From Octopus vulgaris (taxonomy: Eukaryota), in the NCBI GenBank assembly GCA_951406725.2, contig OX597837.1, positions 20,336,001-20,400,000 on the forward strand: a stretch of DNA of 64,000 nt, in the 5' to 3' direction. The number at the start of each line of letters is the position of its first letter. The first letter of the stretch is position 1. Positions 41,862 through 53,535 of this stretch are shown here, piece after piece. The position numbers and the translations under genes are program-made. The notes under the pieces are model-generated. The model saw only the letters and a program-made list of their open reading frames with translations. It did no database searches and was not told where the DNA came from.

Positions 41862-42138
41862 ATCGTGATGCACATATGCCACTTGAATATGGCTAACCCC
41901 TAAGGGTGGATGCTACTGTAGTTTGTAGCCCCAGGAAGATATCTCCTCCAGCTGGCCATAGACACACTATCTGTGTCCTGTCAGAATTTGAGAAGGGGAG
42001 TCCCCTTCACAAATACTGACAGGACACAGATAGTGTGTATATAGCCAGCTGGAGGAGATATCTTCCTGGGGCTACAAACTACAGTAGCATCCACCCTTAG
42101 GGGTTAGCCATATTCAAATGGCATATGTGTATCACGAT
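41862..42138. repeat. 277-bp near-perfect palindrome centred on base 42000
   Basis: 138-bp arms with about 6 mismatches and a 1-nt loop (GAAGGGGA-G-TCCCCTTC). It begins directly after (TA)n. Confidence 0.95.
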
Positions 42139-42180
42139 GTGTTACCGCTACTGTTTATAACTCGCTCTGAGATTTATCAT

Positions 42181-42252
<72 letters not shown>

Positions 42253-42439
42253 GCCTGCTCGCTTAGCCAGCGGGGTGGCGTCATTCGAAGGCTAAAACAA
42301 TGCGAACGCATTGTGACCAGCGATGTGTAACGACATCTGATGGTCTGGTCGGTCACGTGAAAAAACTTATATTGTATTGAAGCACAATGGAAAACAGACA
42401 CAGAAGGTCACCAAATCTTCATCAGTTATCTCTCACTCT

Positions 42440-42520
<81 letters not shown>

Positions 42521-42925
42521 CCCTACAACTTTTCTCACTCCAACCACAGACAGGTGACCCTTGGTCATGAGATTTAGAAATAATAATGTTTCTATTTATA
42601 CATACATATATATACATATATATATGTGTGTGTGTGTGTGTGTGTATATATACATACATACATACATATATGCATCTATGTATATATGCTTATGTGTGCG
42701 TGTGTGCAAATATATAAATATATTATACTATATCCGAAGAAAGCCAGCAGGTCAAAACTTGGAAGTTACTCTCGCCCTTCTTGTAAAAGTATATGTATGC
42801 ACTCTACGAAAATTATGGGTTACGTCATTTTTCAATTTAATGTAACATTCTGTTATTACTCAACATGAAAACAAACGTTTTTGATTTTGATTTTTCCAGT
42901 TTCAGCTTATGAGCTGTGGCCATAG

Positions 42926-42983
<58 letters not shown>

Positions 42984-43298
42984 TTGCTGTTATGTTAAAC
43001 TGTCGTATGTCCAAATTTGGCCAACTGAGTTTGTTTTGTTTTGTTTTTTTCAGTATTTAATTTTGCTTACAATAGCCGGAGTTTTGGTCAAACTATCGTA
43101 ACTCCGGCTGCTTCTGATACTAAGATATGAAAATTGTCAAAGTGCAGTAGAACGGTTTAGCATTTGCAAAAGTGTAGTAAGTCCCACATGCTACAGTTTT
43201 GCAAAAGTATTTCTGGTTGAAAATATCATACATGGATGGAGTTACGGTTTTATGCACCCAACAAAGTATTTTTATTAAGTTGAAGCTGTTGCTAATGT

Positions 43299-43685
43299 GT
43301 GGAAGCACTCCGTCGGTTACGACAACGAGGGTTCCGGTTGATCCGAATCAATGGAACAGCCTGCTCGTGAAATTAACGTGTAAGTGGCTGAGCACTCCAC
43401 AGACACGTGTACCCTTAACGTAGTTCTCGGGGATATTCAGCGTGACACAGAGAGTGACAAGGCCGGCCCTTTGAAATACAGGTACAACAGAAACAGGAAG
43501 TAAGAGTGAGAGAAAGTTGTGGTGAAAGAGTACAGTAGGGATCGCCACCATCCCCTGCCGGAGCCTCGTGGAGCTTTAGGTGTTTTCGCTCAATAAACAC
43601 TCACAACGCCCGGTCTGGGAATCGAAACCGCGATCCGATGACCGCGAGTCCGCCGTCCTAACCACTGGGCCATTGCGCCACCACT
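43299..43685 (-). mobile_element. SINE family C, full length, with a 12-bp TSD
   Basis: Reverse-complement head GGCGCAATGGCCCAGTGGTTAGGACGGCGGACTCGCGG...GGTTTCGATTCCC (A/B boxes, tRNA-like). TGTTGCTAATGT is duplicated at 43287-43298 and 43686-43697. A partial + strand copy lies at 53749-53908. Confidence 0.9.
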
Positions 43686-43996
43686 TGTTGCTAATGTAAA
43701 AAGAAACGGAATGGTGAAACTATTTTTTCGTTTTCTCGCTCCCTGTCACTTGTCGAATTAGCACTGTTCCAGGCAACATCGTTCCTCCCAGGATTCACAC
43801 CTCCTGATCCACAGTCACCCTGAAACAGCTTCCACTGCTTCCATAAGCGAATCTTACGGCTTTCTGCCAACTGGTCTCTGAAATAACTAGCATACCGTAA
43901 ACTCTGTAGAGAAGGGGTAGGGAAAACCCCGCCCACGGTCGCAGTTGCGTCCGCGATCCCGTTTTATTGTGCTGATATACTCATATGTGCAAAATA

Positions 43997-44420
43997 TACT
44001 CTTACTCTTTTACTCTTTTACTTGTTTCAGTCATTTGACTGCGGCCATGCTGGAGCACCGCCTTAAATCGAGCAACTCGACCCCGGGACTTATTCTTTTG
44101 TAAGCCCAGTACTTATTCTATCGGTCTCTTTTGCCGAACTGCTAAGTAACGGGGACATGAACACACCAGCATCGGTTGTCAAGCAATGCTAGGGGGACAA
44201 ATACACTCACGCAAACACACACACGTATATATATATATATATATATATACATATATACGACGGGCTTCTTTCAGTTTCCGTCTACTAAATCTACTCACAA
44301 GGCTTTGGTCGGCCCGAGGCTATAGTAGAAGACACTTGCCCAAAGTGCCACGCAGTGGGACTGAACCCGGAACCATGTGGTTGGTAAACAAGCTACTTAC
44401 CACACAGCCACTCCTCCGCC
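43997..44420 (-). mobile_element. SINE family A, full length
   Basis: Family motifs. Confidence 0.9.
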
Positions 44421-44939
44421 TATATAGTAAATTTTTCAATCAAAATTTATACAATATTTGTATACCTGTGAAGGCGCATGACTCAGTGGTTAGAGCGGCG
44501 CTAATGAAGATGTTGCGCGTTAATTTAATGTGTTAAACTCACCTTTATTAATGTATATCAAATTATTCATAGATATATACGAGATTTACACAGATATAAG
44601 AGTTAGGACCTGTGATCCGCCCGCGTATCTTTTTCTTAGCAAAATGTTTGCCCGCCACACTAAAATGTTTCCCCATCCCTGCAGTGAGGGACTGGTATGC
44701 ATGAATGGCTACTGATCTTCCACAAAACAATCTTACCTGGACTTGTACCTCGGAGGGAAACTTTCTAGCTGCACCGCTTGTTGAGGTTATCTGTACAGAT
44801 TTTCTATACAAATTTTAACTAGCACTGATTTTGTTACGACATTTTACAAGCAACCTTACTGGGACTTGTGCTTCGGAGGGGAACTTTCTTGGTGCAGTTC
44901 AATATATATAGGGTTTCTACCCTATATGAGGGTGTGAAG

Positions 44940-45115
44940 TCAATTCAAATAAACAATTCAAATAAATGAATAATAAAATTCACAGGCAACAAGAGGACGT
45001 GCACGAGGAATGTGTTGGTTTGACGTTTAGTAAAAGAGCTTTTGACGTTTCGAGCATAGCTCTTCGTCGGAAAAGAGAGAGAGAAAAGTCCAAAGAAGGA
45101 AAAGAAAAGCACAAA
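44940..45115 (-). mobile_element. PLE pLTR fragment with an HHR-like motif (45040-45074)
   Basis: Reverse complement TTTT-CCGACGA-A-GAGC(TAT)GCTC-GAAA-CG-TC-AAAA; same family as 39933, 21579 and 59929. Confidence 0.6.
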
Positions 45116-45141
45116 CAGCACGCTTGTAATGTATTTTTGGA

Positions 45142-45540
45142 AGGTGGCGAATTGGCAGAATCGTTAGCACGCCGGGCGAAATGCTTAGCGTTATTTCGTC
45201 TGCCGTTACGTTCTGAGTTCAAATTCCGCCGAGGTCGATTTTGCCTTTCATCGTTTCAGGGTCGATTAAATAAGTACCAGTTACGCACTGGGGTCGATGT
45301 AATCGACTTAATCCATTTGTCTGTCCTTGCTTGTCCTCTCTGTGTTTAGCCCCTTGTGGGTAGTAAAGAAATAGGTATTTCATCTGCCGTTACGTTCTGA
45401 GTTCAAATTCCGCCGAGGTCGATTTTGCCTTTCATCTTTTCGGGTTCGAGAAATTAAGTACCAGTTGCGTACCGGGGTCGATCTAATCGACTGGTCTCTT
45501 CCCCCAAAATTTCAAGCATTGTGTCTAGAGTAGAAAAGAA
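45142..45540 (+). mobile_element. SINE family B, dimeric form
   Basis: Two tandem B units joined at AAAGAAATAGGTATTTCATCTGCC. Confidence 0.88.
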
Positions 45541-46350
45541 TACACACACATACACACACACTGCCTCGGCGATATCTCATAATGTCTTCTTACTGTTTAC
45601 TCGTGTAGAAGCAGACGATAAGCAAGTAGCGAAGATATTAGAACTATCGACAATTCAATGGGAAAAATCAATAATTTTGTTGAAATATCAACTGAGGGCG
45701 GGGTTGGATATAGGGGTGAATGAATAATGTTAAAGTACATATCGTATACTCTTTTACTTGTTTCAGTTATTTGACTGTGGCCATGCTGGGGCATCACCTT
45801 GAAGAATGAATGTAGTCAAACAAATGAAGCACAACGTTAATTCTAAGGGTGGTACATATTCAAACGGTGTTTTTTGCCGAACCGCCAAGTTACAGAAACG
45901 CAAATGAAAACCAATTGTCAAGCGATGGAGACTAACACAAATACAAAGACATACACATTTACGCATACATATATACGTACAGACAGACACACACACACAC
46001 ACACATACACACACACACATACACACACACACATACACACACACATACACACACAAATGCACAGACTCATACATGTCTTTTATCTTTTACTTATTTCAGT
46101 CATTAGAGACTGGCCATGCTGGAGCACCGCCTCTGTGAATTTTAGTCGAACGAATCAAGCCCAGTGCATTTTTGTAAAGCCTAGTATTTATTGTATCGGT
46201 TCCTTTTACCGAACTGCTAAGTTACGGGTACATAAACACACAAAGACTAGTGGTGGGAGACAAACACAGACTCAAAGACACACAAACATACACATATATA
46301 TGTGTATATATGGGGATTCTTTCAGTTTCCATCGACCAAATTCACTCAGC

Positions 46351-47500
46351 AATGCTGAGGGATTGGACGAGAGCGTGCAGATCAGTTTCGTCGCTTTGAG
46401 CGGCTCATCTCGGGTAAGTCCGGCTGACAGCCCTTCTAAACCTGTAGAGTTTATCCCGAACCGACAAAGCCCCTCCCCTTCCCCCGATAGCACTGCCAAA
46501 CTGTGGATTTCTGGAAGCTATCCATAGGCTCCGGCCCGAAAGTCCTCTGGAACAAACCAGCTAGTTGATTGTTGTCGACGCCGAGAGTCTCTCCTAGAAC
46601 GTTGTCGCATTGGCCCGCCACTGATCCTCTGTAGAACGCCAGAGTGGAACTTCCACCGACTGCATTGCCCGACTGACAGAGTACTATGGGCACCTGACAA
46701 CAGTGTAGTTGCTAGGCGCCATGCCCCAGTCTACGCTTAATCCAGGACTGAATCTCAATCAAAGAGATGAGATATGGAAAATCCTGTCGGATAAACGGCA
46801 ACCACACCCGCTCACCATCGAGGAAGCGTTGGAGATGAAGACTTACCCCATCCTCCGAACTTGCTGGCCTTGTGCCAAAATTTGAAACCATTCACATGAG
46901 CTCTGCAGAATGTCGGCAATTGTTAGGGCTGAAATATTTTCTGGCTCTGATGGGAAGGGCTAATCTTTGTGAAGCGGCACAAGCTTTGCTAAGAAATAGG
47001 AGGCGCTACGGATTAACTAGAAATGGATTTGTCTTATATTCCATTCAGCGTACTGTGACTGGTTGCGCGGATCGACGGTTCAGCCGTAATAAAATACGGA
47101 TTAGAAGAGCTAAGCATATAAAATATAAACTTGTTACTAGTTCAAATAAACCTCAGGCATACTTGAAGTTATAAAAAGGCCGTTCACTGGATATTATTAG
47201 TGGTGAACCAATAAGCGCATCCACTCACAGTAGATGACTGGAGGATAATAAGATAGATCAACCTCTAGTCAGTTCGCAGCGACACCCCTCTCCAGTGTAT
47301 GATGCTGAAGAAAAGATAACTACTCCGAAATGCATGTATCCATCAGATGCATGTATCCATCAAATGACTCGGTGTTTTTAGACCAATTTGTCACCAGTGA
47401 AACTAATTATAGAGTTTAATGATCAATCTATCCAGATTAATCAAAACTCTTAAATGTTGAACGGTATCTATGGTTACAAGAGTACAGAGCATCTGAGAAC
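46351..47500 (+). mobile_element. Possible very decayed PLE remnant (GC-rich, interrupted by a SINE-B tail near 46840-46890)
   Basis: The weak peptides FLEAIHRL..LIVVDAESL.NV (resembling PLE RT D..SLYTN) and KIRIRRAKHIK are followed by an HHR-like GATG-CTGAAGA..CTCC-GAAA-TGCATGTA at 47301-47345. Confidence 0.3.
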
Positions 47501-47517
47501 TTATTCAATAATGTAGA

Positions 47518-48033
47518 GTGAATCCTTAACTAATACATTCTCCCTGATGAAGGAGGCGCTGTCTAAAATTTGAATAGGAACATCCTATATTTGTATAAAT
47601 TACTGTACCCTTGAAACGGCCGTCGGAGTATCACTACTTAATTCTTGAAATTGGAGCACCTCCATATAATCATTCGAAACTTTGCCTTCCATATGGATGC
47701 TTAAACATTTCTTTATTCGCCTTTTCACGAGGATTTACACTTTTACTTTTTAATATATTTTTTTTAATATCTTTTTATCAACTCTCTTAACATACATGTA
47801 AGACGATGTCTTCAATATATACCTTTTAAATTGCTAATATATTTTTATATATCGATATAGTTTTTTTACTCGTATATGTCTATTATATTTTTATATATTT
47901 ATGTATCTGTGAATTGTTTATATTTGCTTGATATTTTAATGAGTGATACACTAAATATATATTTAATGATTTGAATACACCGGTTTTATGACTATTATTC
48001 TGAATTGTTGAACCTCCCTAAATTCCCCTTTTA

Positions 48034-48092
<59 letters not shown>

Positions 48093-51000
48093 CTCAGGTT
48101 GTCTGTCTGAGCACTTCACAGCGCTGCCTATATAATAAACAAATATATAACTATATACAATTTGCTCCCTAGAGCGCTTCATATAGGCAGAATTGATGGA
48201 GAATCAGTTCCTAGGTTGTTCAATTGAAAACATCCCGATACCATCAAGGAATATATATATGGAGCCCCATCTCCCAAAAACTAATGAACTCATTAATAGG
48301 ATGAGATGGAGAGCATATTTTTATGATGCCAAACTGAAATCCAAACACTCTGATCAAACCATTGGAAAAAATACTTATAATACAAAATCATATAAGAATC
48401 CTACTCCAAATCCTGCTGTAGCGAAATTCGAAAAAGACTTAATATATATGATAAAAAGCCTAAAATGTTCTAAATAGACTAACCCCTTTCAAAAGGAGCT
48501 CTCTGAAACTATATCGGAAATACGTTCTTCACAAAATTTATACGTATTCTCTGGCAAAACTGGGAACCTCTAGTCATTACTTCTTGAAACTTATAACAGC
48601 TTAATACTAAAGGAACTTACTACTAATTACAGACATGCACATGCAAACGCACTGAAGGATATAAATAAGACACATCACAGACTTATTACAGATTTAAATC
48701 TATTGAATAGAACAGAACCATGCGCACCAAGAACCCTTTATTATACTCTGAAGGACCACAAACCCAATTTCCAATCTAAACTCTCCATGCGGTTAATCTG
48801 TCCCACTATATCTGACTTAGGCAAAATTAGTAAAATATTAGATAGAATATTACTCCGAGTCAAAGATAATGTAGGGCTCCCCCTCGGAATTCTACTGGTG
48901 ACTTAATCACATGATTTCACTCCCTCAACCACAAAGATTATATTAATTTCATTCAATTTGATATATTTGATTACTATGCATAAATATCTCCCATCCAATT
49001 GGGAACTAATTTTGGCAGCCAGAAAAACTCTCATAAACTTTAATGATAATAACTGGACTCGAAATACATTCTCAGACTTTTTCGATATAACAATGGGCTC
49101 ATCTAACTCAGCCCATATAATGGACCTTATGGGCATATTTCTCCTCTCGCAAATAAAGCGATATTTTCCCAACATCTCCGGTGGTCTCTATAGCTTTTCG
49201 CAACCAAAACTTCATGCCGTCCAGAGATAGAACGCACTTAGAAATCTTTGATAAAATTCTTTAAAAATTACAATTTAAATATTGTATTTAAAATGGATAA
49301 TATGGTAGCCAACTTCTTGGATGTCACACTTAACTTTGATACTAATCTTCAGTATCCATATAGGAAACCCAACCAAACCCTTCAGTACTTAAATATTCTC
49401 TGTAATGACCCTAGATCAACACTCAATAGCATGGTATTTCTATTAGAATTTCAAACTTATCTGCCAATGAGGAGATATTCAACACTCATGCTCCATATTA
49501 TAATCAGACTCTAAAATTAAGTGGCTTCAAAGATAAAATACTTATTATCCCTGATACAAAACTCAAAATTAAAAGTGCTTATCTCTTCACGAGAACTCTC
49601 TCACAATCTAATAGTATGGCCTCCTCTTTAGATAAAACAATTAAATATTTTTTAAACAACCATTTACGGATAACGCCCGAATAAATAATGTGTCTTTTAG
49701 TATACATTTAGTATACGTATAAATCGTATAACTCCGCCCAACTTAATGAAACCAAATATTAAAAATCTAGGAAATGAGAAATTATATGGTTCGCTCCAGC
49801 CTTCTCTCTTCAGGTTAGATCATTACCGAAGCTATTCTTTAAAATTTTGAAAGAAAACTTCCCAAAACATCATAAATATTATCCTATCTTTAACAAATCG
49901 TCTGCGAAACTTTCGTATTCCACTACACCAAATTTAGGATCGATTATAGCCTCCATTGATAGATCCAAACTTAAACTTAAGACGTCTGTCCACCCACATC
50001 CTTGTATTGCATTCCATAATTCAAAAAACTTTTCTAGTTCTAATAAAAGTGATTCACCAGGCCAACGCCTACCAGTTGGGGGTGCTCTGACCTCAGTTAC
50101 ACGGAAGATTAATACTGATACAAGAAGAAAAACATGTAAAATCCGCATCTCGGACTCATGTCCATTTGCTGGATCCTGTCTGCGCAGAAATGTAATTTAT
50201 AAGTGCTATGTAGAGATTCCTGCCACACAGAGAGTAAAGGCTTATATAGGAAGTACTATTGATTTTAAGCATCCCTATAAGGCTCATTTGAATTCCTTTA
50301 GTAACTTAAAATACATATCCACAACAACGCTAGCTTCATATATACACGAATATAAAGAATATACAATATATACAAAGTAAAGAATATTCAATGTTCATTA
50401 TCTTGGTCTATAATAGCTGAAGCCCCTCCATATAATACAATTACGCGTGTATGTAAATTATGTATTAAAGAGGCTATAAACATTCTCCGTCGATATAACT
50501 ATAAATTATTCAATAAGTTTTTGAACATTATGTACCCTTGTAACCAAAAATACCATTCAACATTTAAGCATTTTCATCAGTCTGGGTAGACTGATCATTA
50601 AGCTTTATATTTAATTACATTCCACCTAATATATTTATACTCGCAGCCCCCCTCGCCTTCCTCTTACTAAATAATTACTTGCTTATAATCTACCGTATCT
50701 TCTAAATTTACTTCCCACAATTGCTATAAGATTTCCCTTCCTGCTAAAACGTATTTTACTCATTATGACAATATGTGAGATGTGAATCCTTAACTAATAC
50801 CTTCTCCCTAATGAAGGAGACATTGTCTAAAATTTGAATAGGAACATCCTTTATTTGTATGAACTACTGTACCCTTGAAACGGCCGTCGGAGTATCACCA
50901 CTTAATTCTTGAAATTGGAGCACCTCCATATAATCATTCGAAACTTTACCTTCCATATGGATGCTTAAACATTTCTTTATTCGCCTTTTCACGAGGATTT

Positions 51001-51376
51001 ACACTTTTATTTTTTAATTTTTTTAATATCTTTTTATCAACGCTCTTAATCTGCGAGTAGGACGATATCTTCAATATATAACTTTTAAGTTGCTAATATA
51101 TTTTTATAAATCGATATAGTTTTTTTACCCAGATATGTCAATTATATTTTTATATATTTATGTATCTGTAATTTTTTTACATTTTTCAATATTTTAATGA
51201 GTGATACATTGAATATATTTTAATAATTTGCATACACCGGTTTTATGACTGAGTATATGTTGTATTATCATTCTAGATTGTTGAACCTCCCTGAATCCTC
51301 CTTTTAAATATAATGTATATATCAAACGTCTCTACCTGAGTACTTCACAGCGCTACATGTATAATAAGCAAAAATA

Positions 51377-51385
<9 letters not shown>
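47518..51385 (+). mobile_element. Near full-length, decayed Penelope-like element flanked by ~600-bp direct repeats (pLTRs)
   Basis: Peptides SIENIPIPS..ELINRMRWRAYFY, TLKDHKPNF..MRLICPTISDLGKISK, FDITMGS, ANFLDVTLN..YPYRKPN, KLSYSTTPNLGSII and CPFAGSCLRRNVIYKCYV..AYIGST (GIY-YIG). Direct repeats lie at 47518-48157 and 50782-51385. Confidence 0.9.
47540..47628 (+). ncRNA. Type-I hammerhead ribozyme-like motif in the 5' pLTR (second copy 50804-50892 carries a G5-to-A change)
   Basis: CTCC-CTGATGA-AGG...(long loop)...CCTT-GAAA-CGGCCG-TC-GGAG. Stem I is CTCC/GGAG and stem III is the palindrome ACGGCCGT. Predicted cleavage is after C47624. Confidence 0.7.
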
Positions 51386-51430
<45 letters not shown>

Positions 51431-51555
51431 GAAATGAAGAAAATGCAGACAAAATAATTTAAGTAATTTAAGTAATTTAATTAGGTGAAAGTTCTTTTTA
51501 CCGGTTGCGCATTTGTTATGCTTATCAAAAGATAGATTTTTTCCTCTTATCTGTA

Positions 51556-51627
<72 letters not shown>

Positions 51628-52124
51628 GCTTCTTTAAGTTTCTATCTACCATTTCCATTCGCAAACCTTTCGTTGACCTGGGACTTTATTAGAAGATACT
51701 TGCCATATGTACTACGCTGAAGTTCTGAATCTAGAACAATGTTATCTGGAACCTAACTTCTTACCACGCAGCCACGCCTGCACCTTCCATTATTTATTTA
51801 TTTATTTATTTATTCCATTATTTATTTATTTGTTCATTTATTTATTTATTTATTTCACTGGAAAATATCACGATACACTTCACGTAATTTTTAGTTTATT
51901 CATTTTGTTGAAGTGTTCTCTTCATATTTTACTTGTGGGGTGTTAAGGGGTTGCTCGCCTCTCCATTCAAATGAAAACTAATGACAAAAAAAGACAAAAA
52001 CAATAGCTGGAACATTAACATTTAGAACGACAAAGCAATCCCTCTTAATGAGTGCCACTCTAAACCAACAAGCACTTGTTGTAATGTCACTCCACTTATA
52101 TACATACATACATACATACATACA

Positions 52125-52155
<31 letters not shown>

Positions 52156-52486
52156 GTATATATGTATGTGTCTATTATATAAACATATATATATGTATCT
52201 ACAATACATATGCACATATACACACACACATAAATATATACATATACATACACATTTACATACATACATATGTATATGTATGTATGTATATTGTTATTAT
52301 TATCCATTGATTTATACCATTGGCACAAGGGCTTCACATTTATAATAATATGACAGAGAAGTAAATACGAGACAGGGTTAATGCTCTAGGGTTTCAAATG
52401 CCGGACATGGTAGATCGAAAAATTTTGTTCACTTGAAAATGTGTATATATATACATATAATATATATAATATATATAATATAATAT

Positions 52487-52583
<97 letters not shown>

Positions 52584-52597
52584 ATTAATAGTAATAG

Positions 52598-52862
52598 TAT
52601 GACAACAAAAGAATGAATGAGACCTCGATATTATGTAAATAGAGGAATTTATCTGTAATATAATACGTGACAATTATTCGGTTGCTATAATAAAACTCTG
52701 AGTTTCGGATGTCGGGGCGGAAATCTGCTCCGGCATCTCGACGAACGGGAACACGAAACTCTGAGTAACAGCTTCTGTTATATTTTTGCTGCTTTTAAAT
52801 AAAGCATATTACTCTACCTCTGGTTTTTGAGTACTCTTTTTTCCATCTTGCTTCACATTTAT
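52598..52862. mobile_element. Head-to-head junction of two different pLTR-like fragments at HHR-like motifs
   Basis: 52598-52738 (-) matches the 37294-37405 family. 52738-52862 (+) begins TCGACGA-ACGGGAACAC-GAAA-CTCTGAG-TA-ACAGC. Both share GAAACTC(T/A)GAGT. Confidence 0.55.
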
Positions 52863-52912
52863 GGATGGATGGATGGATGGATGGATGGATAGATAGACAG
52901 ACAGACAGATAT

Positions 52913-52948
<36 letters not shown>

Positions 52949-52949
52949 T

Positions 52950-53044
<95 letters not shown>

Positions 53045-53089
53045 GCAGACAGACAGATACACACATACATACATACATACATACATACA

Positions 53090-53120
<31 letters not shown>

Positions 53121-53122
53121 TC

Positions 53123-53535
53123 TGGATGCAGGTTCACGCGTCGTACAGCTAACTAGAGGCGATCGCCTCTCGGAGCTAATCAACAACAGCATTCGTTCTA
53201 TTTCTCTGGACTGCCACGTTAGTTTGGCAATAAATATTAATACCTAGTATTACAACTGTATCTCTTCTTTAGAGAGATTTAGAAATTATAACATTTCTAT
53301 ATTTGGAAATCAGTGAATGTATTTCACTGAATATAAATAAACAAAACCTTCGAACCGAGGTCAAAAGCGACCCCTGCTGGACTCGGCTGCCCACATTGAC
53401 AAGGGGCAACTACCCCGAAACCGGTCTGTGGCTGCCAAGCCAGCAAAGGGTATTGATGACCTCCCCTGTTCGAAGATTTATGGACGCAGTATGCGCGCCA
53501 CATAGCTAGCTAGAGGCGATCGCCTCTCGGAGCTA
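53123..53535 (+). mobile_element. ~410-bp element with direct terminal repeats and an internal hammerhead (pLTR/retrozyme-like)
   Basis: AGCTA.CTAGAGGCGATCGCCTCTCGGAGCTA occurs at about 53146-53178 and 53503-53534. An HHR lies at 53391-53431. The element sits between (ACAT)n and (TA)n. Confidence 0.6.
53391..53431 (+). ncRNA. Minimal type-I hammerhead ribozyme with a U3-A8 core
   Basis: CCACA-TTGACAA-GGGG(CAACTA)CCCC-GAAA-CCGG-TC-TGTGG has perfect stems I and II, a palindromic ACCGGT stem III and a GUC cleavage triplet. Confidence 0.75.

Noticed and set aside
43600-43685. tRNA gene candidates (also the SINE-A and SINE-B heads)
   Set aside because: A and B boxes are present but there is no complete cloverleaf or acceptor stem, and each continues into SINE body sequence, with a TSD in this copy.
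43700-43940. L1/Tx1-like endonuclease remnant (minus strand LVISET) and a possible Tx1-like C-terminal remnant at 56560-56735
   Set aside because: Only a few residues resemble the motifs; too weak to call without a search.
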